Shown here in pieces: positions 11,094 to 21,125 of a DNA stretch of 64,000 bases (position 1 is its first letter; each line of letters opens with the position of its first letter). The stretch is from an uncultured Bacteroidota bacterium (GTDB lineage Bacteria; Bacteroidota; Ignavibacteria; UBA10030; UBA6906). The notes below the pieces were generated by a model. The model was not told the DNA's origin. It did no database searches and saw only the letters and a list, made by a program, of their open reading frames with translations. The stretch spans positions 768,001 through 832,000 of the forward strand of contig CAVOYH010000004.1 in assembly GCA_963700635.1 (NCBI GenBank), in the 5' to 3' direction. A program made the position numbers and the translations under genes.

Positions 11094-12898
11094 CTCCCCA
11101 CAACATCCTGTGTGTTCCGCTGGATCCGGTGCACGATGTCGGAATCAAGATCATCCGGAACGCTCTGGCCCGGAGGGGGCACACCACAGTGCTGCTCTCT
11201 CCGGACCTCAGCATGGAAGCTGTGGTCCGGCGGGCGGCGTCAGAGCATTTTGACGACATCCTTGTCAGCCGCACGCTCGGGTATGGTGTGGCGGAGCTGC
11301 TGGGGCGTTTTGTGGATCTGCTGGATGCGGCCGGTGTACGTTCGGGCAGCCGTGTGATTCTGGGGGGAAAGGCAATCACTCCGGAACTGGCTGCCGAGCT
11401 TGGCTTCGACCGTGGGTTCGACGAACATGCTGCCATTGAGGATATCGTGGCGTATGTGGAAGGGCGGCGGAGTGAAGCCGGAACCAGGGAGCGGGTGCGA
11501 GTAAAGCCGGATATCACTGCCGGGTACACCTATGAGGTCCATGATCCGGTCGTGCGTGAGTATCTGGATGAGATTGTTGCAAAACTGCTCCGATGGGCTG
11601 AAGGGAAGAGTACTCCCGGCGTCCGCCGGATGAAAGTACGCGAGGAACTTCTGAAGGCGCCCGATGCAGCCGCGGCGGAGCGATTGGAGAAAGAATACGC
11701 CTCGTACTGCGATCCCGTGATTCTCGAAGCGCGCCGGTCGGGCGTGCTTCCGAAGGGAGTGCGGAAGATAAACCCGCACGAACTTGAATCGGTGCGTGCC
11801 GGGCTCCGGACACGGAGTGCTTACAGGCCGGTTTCCATACGGCATCAGACGGAGAAGCCCCTGGTGTTCAAGTTTCTGGGGAGCGGTTGTCCGTTGATGG
11901 ATCTTGTGCACGGGAAAGTGTGTGAGCGGTGGGGGATAGACGGGTTTCTGGTGATCAATCCCTCATGGGAAGCGCGTTATGAAGGGTTGATGGATGGGTT
12001 GTTGACGCATGAGCAGGACGGCACGATAACTTCCTTTGAGAATGTCCGGTTGATGCGGGAGCTGTTGGATCCGGCAACCTTGCTCACTGTGCGAGCGCAC
12101 CGCGGGCTGAATACGCCCGAGACCGTACTGCTTGCGGGGAGTGCCGGTGCGGAGATGACGAAGATTGATCTGGTGTACGGCTCGCTCGGGGCCGGCACCG
12201 ACCCGGAGCGTCTGGCTGTGGACGGGATCGAGGCGATGCGTCTGGCGGCGCGGTTCGGTATGCCCTTTGATATACCGGGGAACGACGAACTCAGCGGCGT
12301 GCCTGCCTGGAAGACTCTTGCCGGGCTTCTTATTAATGTGCACCTGGGGCGTGCCCTTGGAGCGCGGCCCATACTAAAACCGCTGTTCTGTTACGGTCCG
12401 CACATCGTCATTAACGGACTGATGGATCAGAACTTTGTGGATTACAATACCGCGAAGATACGTGTGCTCCGGGCTCTTGTGGACTCTCCGATCTGGCCCG
12501 GGGAGCCCATTGCATTTATGACGCAGAGTGAAGACCGGGTACAATCGGCGAGTGCGACTGCCTTTCATGCTGCGCTTGCTGTGGCACTGGGTGTAGATGC
12601 CATCACCATCGCATCCACTGATGAGGCCTACTCGCGCGGACCGATATGTCTGGCCTCGCGGCTTGACAGTATTCAGGGTGTGCGCGAAGGAGCGCGGTTT
12701 CTGGGCGATGCATCGTTCACGCCGACTGCGGCATCGGAGCGTACGGCCGGGGAGATGACAGAGAAGATCCGGGAGACGCTTGACCGGGTGCGGCAGGCGG
12801 AGCATCTTCCGGCTGCCATCCATGCGGGTTTGCTGGGTGACAGTGAAGATGGGGCATATCCCGGGACATTCGGGAAAGGAACGGTTGTCGGGGCGTGA
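11090..12898 (+). CDS. cobalamin-dependent mutase-like protein (N-terminal B12-binding domain + TIM-barrel-like domain)
   Basis: DPVHDVG (His-on motif), LVSRTL, ILGGKAITPELAAELGFDRGF; C-terminal AVALGVDAITIASTDEA resembles the last barrel strand of glutamate/methylmalonyl-CoA mutases. Confidence 0.8.
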   Translation: MTPHNILCVPLDPVHDVGIKIIRNALARRGHTTVLLSPDLSMEAVVRRAASEHFDDILVSRTLGYGVAELLGRFVDLLDAAGVRSGSRVILGGKAITPELAAELGFDRGFDEHAAIEDIVAYVEGRRSEAGTRERVRVKPDITAGYTYEVHDPVVREYLDEIVAKLLRWAEGKSTPGVRRMKVREELLKAPDAAAAERLEKEYASYCDPVILEARRSGVLPKGVRKINPHELESVRAGLRTRSAYRPVSIRHQTEKPLVFKFLGSGCPLMDLVHGKVCERWGIDGFLVINPSWEARYEGLMDGLLTHEQDGTITSFENVRLMRELLDPATLLTVRAHRGLNTPETVLLAGSAGAEMTKIDLVYGSLGAGTDPERLAVDGIEAMRLAARFGMPFDIPGNDELSGVPAWKTLAGLLINVHLGRALGARPILKPLFCYGPHIVINGLMDQNFVDYNTAKIRVLRALVDSPIWPGEPIAFMTQSEDRVQSASATAFHAALAVALGVDAITIASTDEAYSRGPICLASRLDSIQGVREGARFLGDASFTPTAASERTAGEMTEKIRETLDRVRQAEHLPAAIHAGLLGDSEDGAYPGTFGKGTVVGA

Positions 12899-13962
12899 TC
12901 ATACTCGGGATTGCCGGAACCGCAAAGAACACGGGGAAGACCACCACGCTTGCCGCGTTGCTGGAAGAGGGGCGCCGGAGGGGGATACTGCCCGGTTTGA
13001 CAGGGATCGGGTATGACGGCGAAGAGCGGGACACAGTAACAAACCTTCCGAAGCCCCGGATTCAGGTCTATCCGGGCATGGTAGTAACCACCTCAGAACG
13101 ATGTCTGCATGTATCCACGGCACGCGGCGAGATCCTTTCGCGCACCGGTTTTTTTACGCCGCTGGGTGAGGTACTCATCCTTCGTATAACGAAGCCCGGG
13201 CTACTGGTAGTAGCCGGTCCGAATAAAACCGCGGACCTTGCGGCAGTATGTTCGGAGATGGAGGGGGCGGGAGCGGGGATGGTGTTGGTGGATGGATCGT
13301 TAAACCGGATAGCGCCGTTCAGCATAGCGCATGGTGTAGTGTTTGCCACCGGGGCTGCGCGATCGACGGATGTGGAGGTAGTGCGGAGGGAGGTCCTCGG
13401 AATAGAGTCTATTTTTTCGTATGGAACGGCATCAGTCAAGACTCCGGCGCACCGTGGGATCTGGATGGCAGGGGAAGAGGTCAGGGTACATCTGGCGGGG
13501 AGTGGAGTGCACGGGAGGGCGGACATCGAAAACGCGGTAGGCAAGTTGCCTGCTGGAGTCAGATCGATGGAGATATCGGGAGTTATAACAGAGGAAGGAT
13601 TGCGGGCGCTTGCGGGGACAGCGCAGCGTGGGGAGACAGGTGGGGCGTTGATACTGGACGATCCGATAAAGGTGTTGATTGGAGGGGATCCATCGGTAAT
13701 GGCGGGTCATCTTCGGGCATGTGCGGATGCCGGCCTGTCGCCATTGTACCGGGCCCGTCCGTTGTTATGCGGGATCACGGCCAATCCTTCGTACCCGTCG
13801 TTTGACGGGACAGTATATACTCCGGCCAGAGTTGAGGGTGAGGCATTTGTAGGGAGGATCAGGGAAGGTGTTGGGGTTCGTGTGTATGATCTGGTAGGGG
13901 AGGGTGGGGTTGGGGAGTTGTTTGATTCGTGTCTTTCTGCAGTGCAGTTTCCGCAACAATAA
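12895..13962 (+). CDS. KamB-like P-loop protein (putative B12-mutase reactivase subunit)
   Basis: GIAGTAKNTGKTTT, GLTGIGYDGEERD.VT..PKPRI, LVDGSLNR, FATGAA. Confidence 0.7.
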   Translation: MIILGIAGTAKNTGKTTTLAALLEEGRRRGILPGLTGIGYDGEERDTVTNLPKPRIQVYPGMVVTTSERCLHVSTARGEILSRTGFFTPLGEVLILRITKPGLLVVAGPNKTADLAAVCSEMEGAGAGMVLVDGSLNRIAPFSIAHGVVFATGAARSTDVEVVRREVLGIESIFSYGTASVKTPAHRGIWMAGEEVRVHLAGSGVHGRADIENAVGKLPAGVRSMEISGVITEEGLRALAGTAQRGETGGALILDDPIKVLIGGDPSVMAGHLRACADAGLSPLYRARPLLCGITANPSYPSFDGTVYTPARVEGEAFVGRIREGVGVRVYDLVGEGGVGELFDSCLSAVQFPQQ

Positions 13963-14853
13963 TCTTCTTGACAGTGTAACTCGCGTGCCGCAACCGGGCC
14001 TTCGGCGATGCCCATCCCATTCTGAGGTAGCAGCCAAGGGCTGGAAGGTGTCCACGCCGAACCCTACATTTTCCCCGTGTGGATGAGAACTGTGACAGAC
14101 AAACAGTGTCTGCCTTCGCTGCGGATCTCAGCTCACCCCGGCGGCTTGAGCCCCCCTGAATGCAAGTGTTGACAGTCCAAGCTAGACTCATTAAAGTTCC
14201 TTATAGCTTCAAAATTTACCCCTGATGGAGATCGGGATCTCGTAAGGATTTTGAAATCAAGAGTAAGCTCCGGTATATTATCAGTGTCTCATGTCATATG
14301 CGTGATGGTTCTTGGGTCAGAGGGGAACGAAAGTAGCACGCATAGTCTTTTCGGGACTTATAAGGAAGAAAGTTGCTCAAATTCTTGAGTACAAGGTGAG
14401 CATCCCCCCGTTCATTCGGTCTCCCCAAAAGGCTAATATATCCTGGGAGGCGGGTCCACATGGAAGAACATCGAGCGCGGCAGCGACTAGAACGGCAAAT
14501 CATCCATAATGCTGGGGGGCTATTAGCCTAAGAGTGTCGTAGTGAGTCGTCAGCGTGATGGGATCTGGACGTGGCTTCGTGCAACTCCATCGGTACGATC
14601 GGGAGTTTGCTGAGAATGTCGACCAAGCGTTTTCGGACAAAAGGAACCCTTCTGGTGAAGGAAAGATGAAGTACAATGCTATCGACATGTACCGGAACGA
14701 TCCATCAGCGCAGCTGGGAGGACGGGTCCGGCAGTATCCCGGAGTGGGCATTATGCGTGGCAGAACCAACGGGAAGGGAAAGGTTAGCTCGATGACTGGG
14801 TCGGCTGAGTGAGATTGATGTCCAGATAAAACCAAGGCGCTGGTTTAATCCTG

Positions 14854-14875
14854 TGGGTACACCCACTTTCTTTTG
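14854..14875 (+). terminator. possible weak intrinsic terminator
   Basis: GTGGG-TACA-CCCAC followed by TTTCTTTT. Confidence 0.35.
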
Positions 14876-15411
14876 CACTTTCTGATAAATGTGACTACAT
14901 TCGCGGTATCTGATATTTTGCCTCTATCGAGTGTTATTCCTTCGAGCCCAAGTTAGCCAAATGCAACGCATTAAGTAGACATCGACTTGGCTCGTTCCCC
15001 ATGAGAAGGAGAGAATGTGGCACATGTTGCCATCCCTCGCCTTGAACGTTCGAGACGAAGGTCTCCCGATGAACGCTCGCCTCCTAAACCGGCAGCACAA
15101 TAGTTTCAAGCTGATATCGGACCTCCGCTGCCAGTTGAAATGCACCACCCAGCATTGGCACAGGAGAATCCGCCACCTAGAAAGGGGAAAATCTTAAATT
15201 TTAGGTGCAATTGAATATTCACGCCGAGATAGCCCCAGTCGACAGACATTAGCCCAATTCCTCTATTCGGGCTCCCCAATCGGCTCTGATATTCGTAAAA
15301 ATCAGGAAACCAGTGTAAGATATTAGAAGGGGCGTTGATTTTTCCTCGGCGGATTGGGAGAGCTGTAATATTCGGTCACAGAATTTTCATCTGTCGATTG
15401 GGTCTTGGTGG

Positions 15412-15943
15412 ATGCGAAAAAGCGACCCGGATGTACTAGACACTTACGCAGACTTGATTGCAAAAGCCTATCGGCGCTACAAAGGCTTCTGGATCAATCT
15501 GGCGCGCACCTCCTTGGTAACCCAAGAGGATGGTGAAGATATTGTTCACGGGGTCGTTGGATCGATACTGGCGAGACGCGATATCGGCTTCGAATCGCTC
15601 GAACACGTCCGAAACTACGCTCGCGCGGTCTGTTTTGAACCGTGCCATCCAAATTAGGCAGAGGGCGGTACGAGTGTGTGAATTTGAAGAAGAAGTTTCG
15701 ATCGAAATTGCACCCTTGGAGCAGGTGGAGATTCTTGAGAGGCAGGAGGAGCGTGCTGCGTTACGGGCAGTGATTAATGGGTTGAGTCGACAGGACTATG
15801 AAATCATTAAATTGAGATTCTTTTCCGGACTTACATTTATCGAGATTAGCAGGATGCTTCAAAAGCCAGTATCGACCCTCAAAAGCAGGGAAGACGCTGC
15901 TTTGCGAAGGATCAGAAAGGATATGCAAAAGCGTGCCGGATAG
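15412..15943 (+). CDS. ECF-type RNA polymerase sigma factor (frameshift near 15620)
   Basis: Region 2 (EDGEDIVH...RNY|LARSVLNRAI) and region 4 (LSRQDYEIIKLRFFSGLTFIEISRMLQKPVSTLKSR) lie in different frames. Confidence 0.85.
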
Positions 15944-15980
15944 TAGCGTGGCCTTCAATCTTTGACCCGGAGTCTTCCTG

Positions 15981-16778
15981 ATGAAAAGACATGGCAAATC
16001 TGTTGTCAAGTCATATTCTCTTGTAGATTTTGCTCGCGGACAACTAACCTGCGAAGAATCTCTGGAAATTCTGGGAATTCTCGAGGAAGATTCGACTAGA
16101 TCAGAGGAGCTCGAAATTGTGCTCAGAATGCTTGAGCCCAATTCGGCTGTTGGGAGCTCGGTCATAACCGATGACGAAAAGAAGAAGGCAGGACGCAAGG
16201 CCGTCCGAGATCAGCATACTGGCTTCGAGGTAATAGTCCGTAGTGCTGCGCTCGCAATCCTCGTTGTGGGAACGGCGCTCTTGGCGCAGGAATTTGGAAA
16301 GCCCGAAGGGTTCAATCTTCTTCACGTAAATCCAAATGACATTGACATCAGAACCCGGGGTGAACCCGAAAAGATTGCAGAGATCGCATACGCCTTAATA
16401 TGCGAAGGTGAGAACAAGCGTGCTATGGAACTAGTCGATTGGAGTCTGAGTGCACTTCCGGAAGGTGATGGACGCGCCCATTCACATCTCTTGAAGGGCG
16501 GTCTATTGTTGATGAAGTCGGAAATCTATTACCTGGCAATTTTTTCCCATTTCGATTCGACGCTCGTGCGGCAGGGCTTAAACGAATTAGATCTCGCTCG
16601 CAGGATGTCAGGTCAGAGGAGAGTTATCGAGGGTGCAATTTGGTTGAGCATCAAAGGGAATCTGATGATTGGCGACAGATTCAAGGCGTTGGAACAAATC
16701 GAGGCGTTAGAGTCGAGTGGGGGTGTCCGACATGCGGAAGCAAGTCGGCTAAGGCACTTACTCGATGATTGGGAATGA
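15981..16778 (+). CDS. putative membrane-anchored anti-sigma factor
   Basis: Directly after the ECF; N-terminal LVDFARGQLTCEE helix bundle (degenerate zf-HC2-like, no HxxxCxxC), one TM (~aa 84-102), helical TPR-like C-domain. Confidence 0.65.
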   Translation: MKRHGKSVVKSYSLVDFARGQLTCEESLEILGILEEDSTRSEELEIVLRMLEPNSAVGSSVITDDEKKKAGRKAVRDQHTGFEVIVRSAALAILVVGTALLAQEFGKPEGFNLLHVNPNDIDIRTRGEPEKIAEIAYALICEGENKRAMELVDWSLSALPEGDGRAHSHLLKGGLLLMKSEIYYLAIFSHFDSTLVRQGLNELDLARRMSGQRRVIEGAIWLSIKGNLMIGDRFKALEQIEALESSGGVRHAEASRLRHLLDDWE

Positions 16779-16811
16779 CCACGTATTGAAAATCAGAAGG
16801 GTGCACTTGCC

Positions 16812-19800
16812 ATGAGGATCCCCTTAGCATGGGTCTGCCTAGTCCTCTCGGTTCAAATTGGTTCCGCAGCCAGCAAAATTGAGGCTGACCTACATGTTCA
16901 GCTTCGACGGATAATCGGAAAGGGTCATTACGATGAGGCTCTCCGACGTTGTATGAAACTCCTTATTCAACAACCCCAAACAGCTCAGCTCTATGAGATG
17001 AGTGCAGAGATTGGACAATACGGCGGTCAGTTGCCTGAGGTCAGCGCGTTTCTCAGAGAAAGAATTCGTGCCGGTCAAAACGTGCCATATGCATTGTTTG
17101 GGTGTGGGCAAGTCTATTTGAGGGAGGGAAAATGGTCCAATGCCATGCTAATGTTTGAAAGGGCGCAGTCGTTCGATTTGCAGATACCCTCTCTTTATGC
17201 AGGCATGGAACTAGCCTTCGAGAAACTCAACGGCGTGGATGCAGCGATTGAGTACTATCTCGCGTCTTCGCAGCGTGATCCGCGCAATGCAGGGATCTGG
17301 TATTCACTCGCCCTCGCTTATTGGAGCCGAGCCGATCCCGAAAATACTTTATCAGCAATCGATGAGTCCTTGAGACTTTCTGAAAATGAGCCAAGGTTTC
17401 GTCAACTTAAGGCTGGAGCCATGTACACTTGGTTGCTCGATGATCAATCCTTCAAAGCTGCTACCCACGAGATCCAGGCGGCGATAGCCCTTTGTGACTT
17501 CGATGGGGCTGAGTTTGTAAGGTGGTGTCTGGTAGACGGTTTGTCCTCGCAAGGAGAATGGGATCGGGCGTGTGCCATCGCGAAGGAAGCCAATAAGAGC
17601 GTTCGCGAATTCGGGCAAGTTAAGTGGACAGCGCATATCCACCTCGCGTTGGCGGTAAGAGAGCTAGCTCTGGGGGATCTCCATGGTTCATTAAATCATG
17701 CTGATTCTTCAAGTAAATATTTCAGTATGGTAAATGATGTCGATGGACTTCTTTCGAGTCGGGCCATTAAGATTGGAATACTTCGGGAATCTGGATCCGT
17801 TCAAACCGGACTGAAATACTGCTTCGAGGTATTCTCGGATCTTTCCGAAAGGAGCGACTCACGCCTTTGGGGCGGTGCATTCATCGACGCTGCATGGACG
17901 TTCGCTGAGATCGGAGCATTCCGGATCGCTTTGGCGATGGGTATAGAAGCCCAGCGAATTCTCCAGCGGTGTCTCTACGCAGATTATGATCAGGTTAGAT
18001 TGTACACTGCACTTGGACTGATTCACCAGAAAATCGGTAATCTGCCTCTCGCTATTCGATACCAGCGCCGGGCTCTCGGAATCGCCGAAGCTACCAATGC
18101 TCCACGAAATGCGCTATCTACCTGCGTAGGTCAATTGGCCGTCTCATTACTCTTGTTTGGAGACACGCTTGCTGCACGGACGCATTTTCGACGACAACTC
18201 AATCTTGCAAGAAAAGAGGGAGATCCAGGAGAAGAGAAGAAAGCACTGTATCATCTGGCAGAGCTAGATCTCGGGATGGCCTTGTACGGAGCCGCAAGAA
18301 GGAAAATCGAGACGGCCATGGACATTTCTCGAAAACAGAAAGACGATCGGACACTGAAGCAGTGTTACCTTCTCCTCGGCAGGATCGCGGAAAAGGAGGA
18401 AAAGAAGGGTGAAGCAATGTCGCACTACGGCCGCTCATTGAAGTATTTCAATGAGGAGAGAGGACGAAGACATCTCTTCATGATGACGGTGGAGATGAAG
18501 GAATGGTATCTCACTCAACATGAAGAAATAGTAAATGCACTCTGTCGAGTGGGTCTCATTGATGAAGCTTTTGCCTTGATTGAGAGTGTGCGCTGCGACG
18601 CTCAATACAGGTATCACTCTCGTTCATCTGAATCCAGGCGTGAACTTCGTCGTATTGAGGGCACTAGCGATGTAGAACTCATTATCTCCTCGTACAGGAA
18701 AAGTTGTCGCGACATTTCTACTAAAATGGAGGAAGACAAGATTGATTGGAGTCTACTTCTACCCGCGCTGAGGAAGAACCTTGCGATTGTTGACACACTT
18801 CACCAACTTGAAGAGGTGCCGGGTAGGATCCCAGAATTGCCTGCTACCAGAAACGACTCACGTGAAATCATCTCGCACATTCGGAATCGAATTCTGCAGA
18901 AGGGGGATGCACTTGTTGAGTTCTGGGTGGGGCATGTATCGACGGAGCGGTTTCTTTTGACTCGTGATACTCTTGTACATCATAGTTTGATGTTAGAGAA
19001 GGCGAAGTTGAATAAGTGGGTCATTCCCCTATTGGACCATTTTGGCGGAGAGGGGAGCATAAGCGATTCCTACCGAAGAGAGCGTCCCTCCGGGCAGTAC
19101 CAGGCGGAGCTTGTCGCTATTTCAGATTTGCTGCTGGGGGGTCTTCAGAACTTCCTTCTAGAAAAAGGCAACTTGATAGTGGTTGCAGGTCAGCCACTTG
19201 CGAGCTTGCCCTTCGAAGGAATGGTTTTGAGAACCGCGTCGGGGCTGAGGCAGTTGGTCGAAGAATTTGCGATATCGTATGCCCCGTGCATCTTTGCTTT
19301 GGAACCGCTTCCTGACTTGTCAACATTTGATCCAGCCGATCTTCTTGTGCTGGCTAACCCGCTGCCAGACAAGATCGTCGGAATAGATGCAATGATCCAA
19401 GCGGATTCAATTCGTTCGGGTGCTATGACCGATGGATATCGACTAGAACTGCCGGCAGCAGTAAGAGAGGCAGAGAGAATTCGCGCCGTGTTCGGATCTA
19501 CGAGTGTGATAAGGCTTGGACGTGAGGCCTCTGAAGGAGTCATGGCACGCGAATCAGCGCATTTTCGGATTATCCATATCGCTGCACATTCCACGTCACG
19601 CAAGAAGGTAAGCGATAGGCATGCAATCATCTTGTCTCCTGACGAAGAGAATGATGGGATCCTCGAATACAGGGAAATCGCAGCGCTGGATCTCAGAAGT
19701 GACTTGGTTGTGATCACAGGCTGTAGAGCAGGGGAGCCCAGCAGGGCGAACGATTGGGGAAGTCTCGCGGAGGCGTTCATTGAAGCTGGAGCCTCGAGTG

Positions 19801-20129
19801 TTATCGCGACACATTGGGATGTTGAAGATGTGGTTGCTGACAGGCTCTTTGGGCTATTCTACAGTTACCTAAGATCGGGAGAATCGCGTGCGCGCTCTCT
19901 CCAGTTGGCGAAACTATCTCTAATGAAGGATGGATTTACCGATGTGCGACTTTGGTGTGGTTTTCGACTATTCGGAAGGCATCACCCGATCGCTTGGTCA
20001 AAAAGGGATGACGGGGATGCTGTTGAATATCTTCACGCGGCTGCCGTCGCCTCTTTGCTGCTAATGATGGCCTCAGTGGTATTCTACTCGATCCGAAGAA
20101 AGAAAAGGAAATGTCCCTCGGCATCGTAG
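16812..20129 (+). CDS. TPR-repeat CHAT-domain (caspase-like, clan CD) protease with signal peptide and C-terminal TM anchor
   Basis: TPR helices, LASLPFEGM, IIHIAAHS (His), DGILEYREI, LVVITGCRAG (Cys), AGASSVIATHWDVED; C-terminal hydrophobic helix followed by RRKKRK. Confidence 0.9.
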   Translation: MRIPLAWVCLVLSVQIGSAASKIEADLHVQLRRIIGKGHYDEALRRCMKLLIQQPQTAQLYEMSAEIGQYGGQLPEVSAFLRERIRAGQNVPYALFGCGQVYLREGKWSNAMLMFERAQSFDLQIPSLYAGMELAFEKLNGVDAAIEYYLASSQRDPRNAGIWYSLALAYWSRADPENTLSAIDESLRLSENEPRFRQLKAGAMYTWLLDDQSFKAATHEIQAAIALCDFDGAEFVRWCLVDGLSSQGEWDRACAIAKEANKSVREFGQVKWTAHIHLALAVRELALGDLHGSLNHADSSSKYFSMVNDVDGLLSSRAIKIGILRESGSVQTGLKYCFEVFSDLSERSDSRLWGGAFIDAAWTFAEIGAFRIALAMGIEAQRILQRCLYADYDQVRLYTALGLIHQKIGNLPLAIRYQRRALGIAEATNAPRNALSTCVGQLAVSLLLFGDTLAARTHFRRQLNLARKEGDPGEEKKALYHLAELDLGMALYGAARRKIETAMDISRKQKDDRTLKQCYLLLGRIAEKEEKKGEAMSHYGRSLKYFNEERGRRHLFMMTVEMKEWYLTQHEEIVNALCRVGLIDEAFALIESVRCDAQYRYHSRSSESRRELRRIEGTSDVELIISSYRKSCRDISTKMEEDKIDWSLLLPALRKNLAIVDTLHQLEEVPGRIPELPATRNDSREIISHIRNRILQKGDALVEFWVGHVSTERFLLTRDTLVHHSLMLEKAKLNKWVIPLLDHFGGEGSISDSYRRERPSGQYQAELVAISDLLLGGLQNFLLEKGNLIVVAGQPLASLPFEGMVLRTASGLRQLVEEFAISYAPCIFALEPLPDLSTFDPADLLVLANPLPDKIVGIDAMIQADSIRSGAMTDGYRLELPAAVREAERIRAVFGSTSVIRLGREASEGVMARESAHFRIIHIAAHSTSRKKVSDRHAIILSPDEENDGILEYREIAALDLRSDLVVITGCRAGEPSRANDWGSLAEAFIEAGASSVIATHWDVEDVVADRLFGLFYSYLRSGESRARSLQLAKLSLMKDGFTDVRLWCGFRLFGRHHPIAWSKRDDGDAVEYLHAAAVASLLLMMASVVFYSIRRKKRKCPSAS

Positions 20130-20154
20130 GCTGACTCTGGGTATCCAGTTTCAC

Positions 20155-21103
20155 TCACCCCAGCCCAATCGTAAACGGCGCAAGGGCAAAGCCAACTACT
20201 AAGCATCCACAAACAAAACCACCCTACCTGCATCCGCGTGTGATCCAACGGCGCATCATCAGGCAATACCATCGCCCCACGCGTGCGCCGCTCAAAAAAG
20301 ATGAACAAGATCACCGCCCAGAATAACCAACCCGTCCAACCCCACTCGTCACTCATCCCGATCAACGGCAAAAAACCCAATAACCCCAATCCGGCTAACA
20401 CCCCGATCACCACCCGGCCTATGACCACCGACTTCCCCCCAAACATCGCCCGCACAATGTGACCACCATCCAACTGACCAACTGGTATCAAATTCATCGC
20501 CGTCACCAACAACCCGAACCACCCTACACATAAAAATGGATAATGATACATCTCGTTCATCGGCGGAATAAATGCACCGGGTGCCGGAAGGATCGCCTCC
20601 AACCCCGCATACACAAAGTTTCGCCCAAAAGCTAAACCCCCCGCCGGGATCTGACTCAATCCCACATACTCCGGATGTATCTCGTATAAATAGTCAATCG
20701 ATGGCAATGTCAGAAATCCGATCACCAGGTACGCAACACTCACAACAAAACCTGCAATCGGTCCGGCCGCGCCAATGTCCAGTAACGCCCGACGACTCTG
20801 AACCGGCGACCGTAACTGAATTACCGCCCCTAATGTGCCGAACGGAAAAAGACCCAAAACAAAAGAAGGGAAGGGAAGGAAATACGGCAGGGTGGCCTCT
20901 ACCCCGTGCCGCTTCGCCGCAAGATAATGACCCATCTCGTGACTCAATAACATCAATGACAACAGCACGGCGTACGAAATGCCGTACCCAAAATTTGTCA
21001 GCTCTATCGGATTTTTGTTCAACCACGCCACCCCCGCAAAAGCCATGGTCAGAAAGGTCAGAACAAAAAGAGAGGCATGAACAGCAATAGTTCTAATTCT
21101 CAC
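20155..21103 (-). CDS. site-2 protease (M50 family intramembrane metalloprotease); probable frameshift near 20200
   Basis: HEMGH, FGTLGAVI, DIGAAGPIAG, NLIPVGQLDGGH; the hydrophobic end VVGFALAPFTIGLG* is in another frame with a stop at 20155 (as-read ORF runs to 20084). Confidence 0.9.
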
Positions 21104-21125
21104 GTGCCCTGTAGTATACTGAGGA

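Noticed and set aside
15018-15030. TGGCAC-ATG-TTGC as a sigma54 promoter
   Set aside because: The spacing is 2 bp too short for the strict -24/-12 geometry.
16812-20129. TPR-CHAT as a Craspase/type III-E CRISPR or anti-phage effector
   Set aside because: No gRAMP/cas genes or array are nearby, and the protein appears exported and membrane-anchored.
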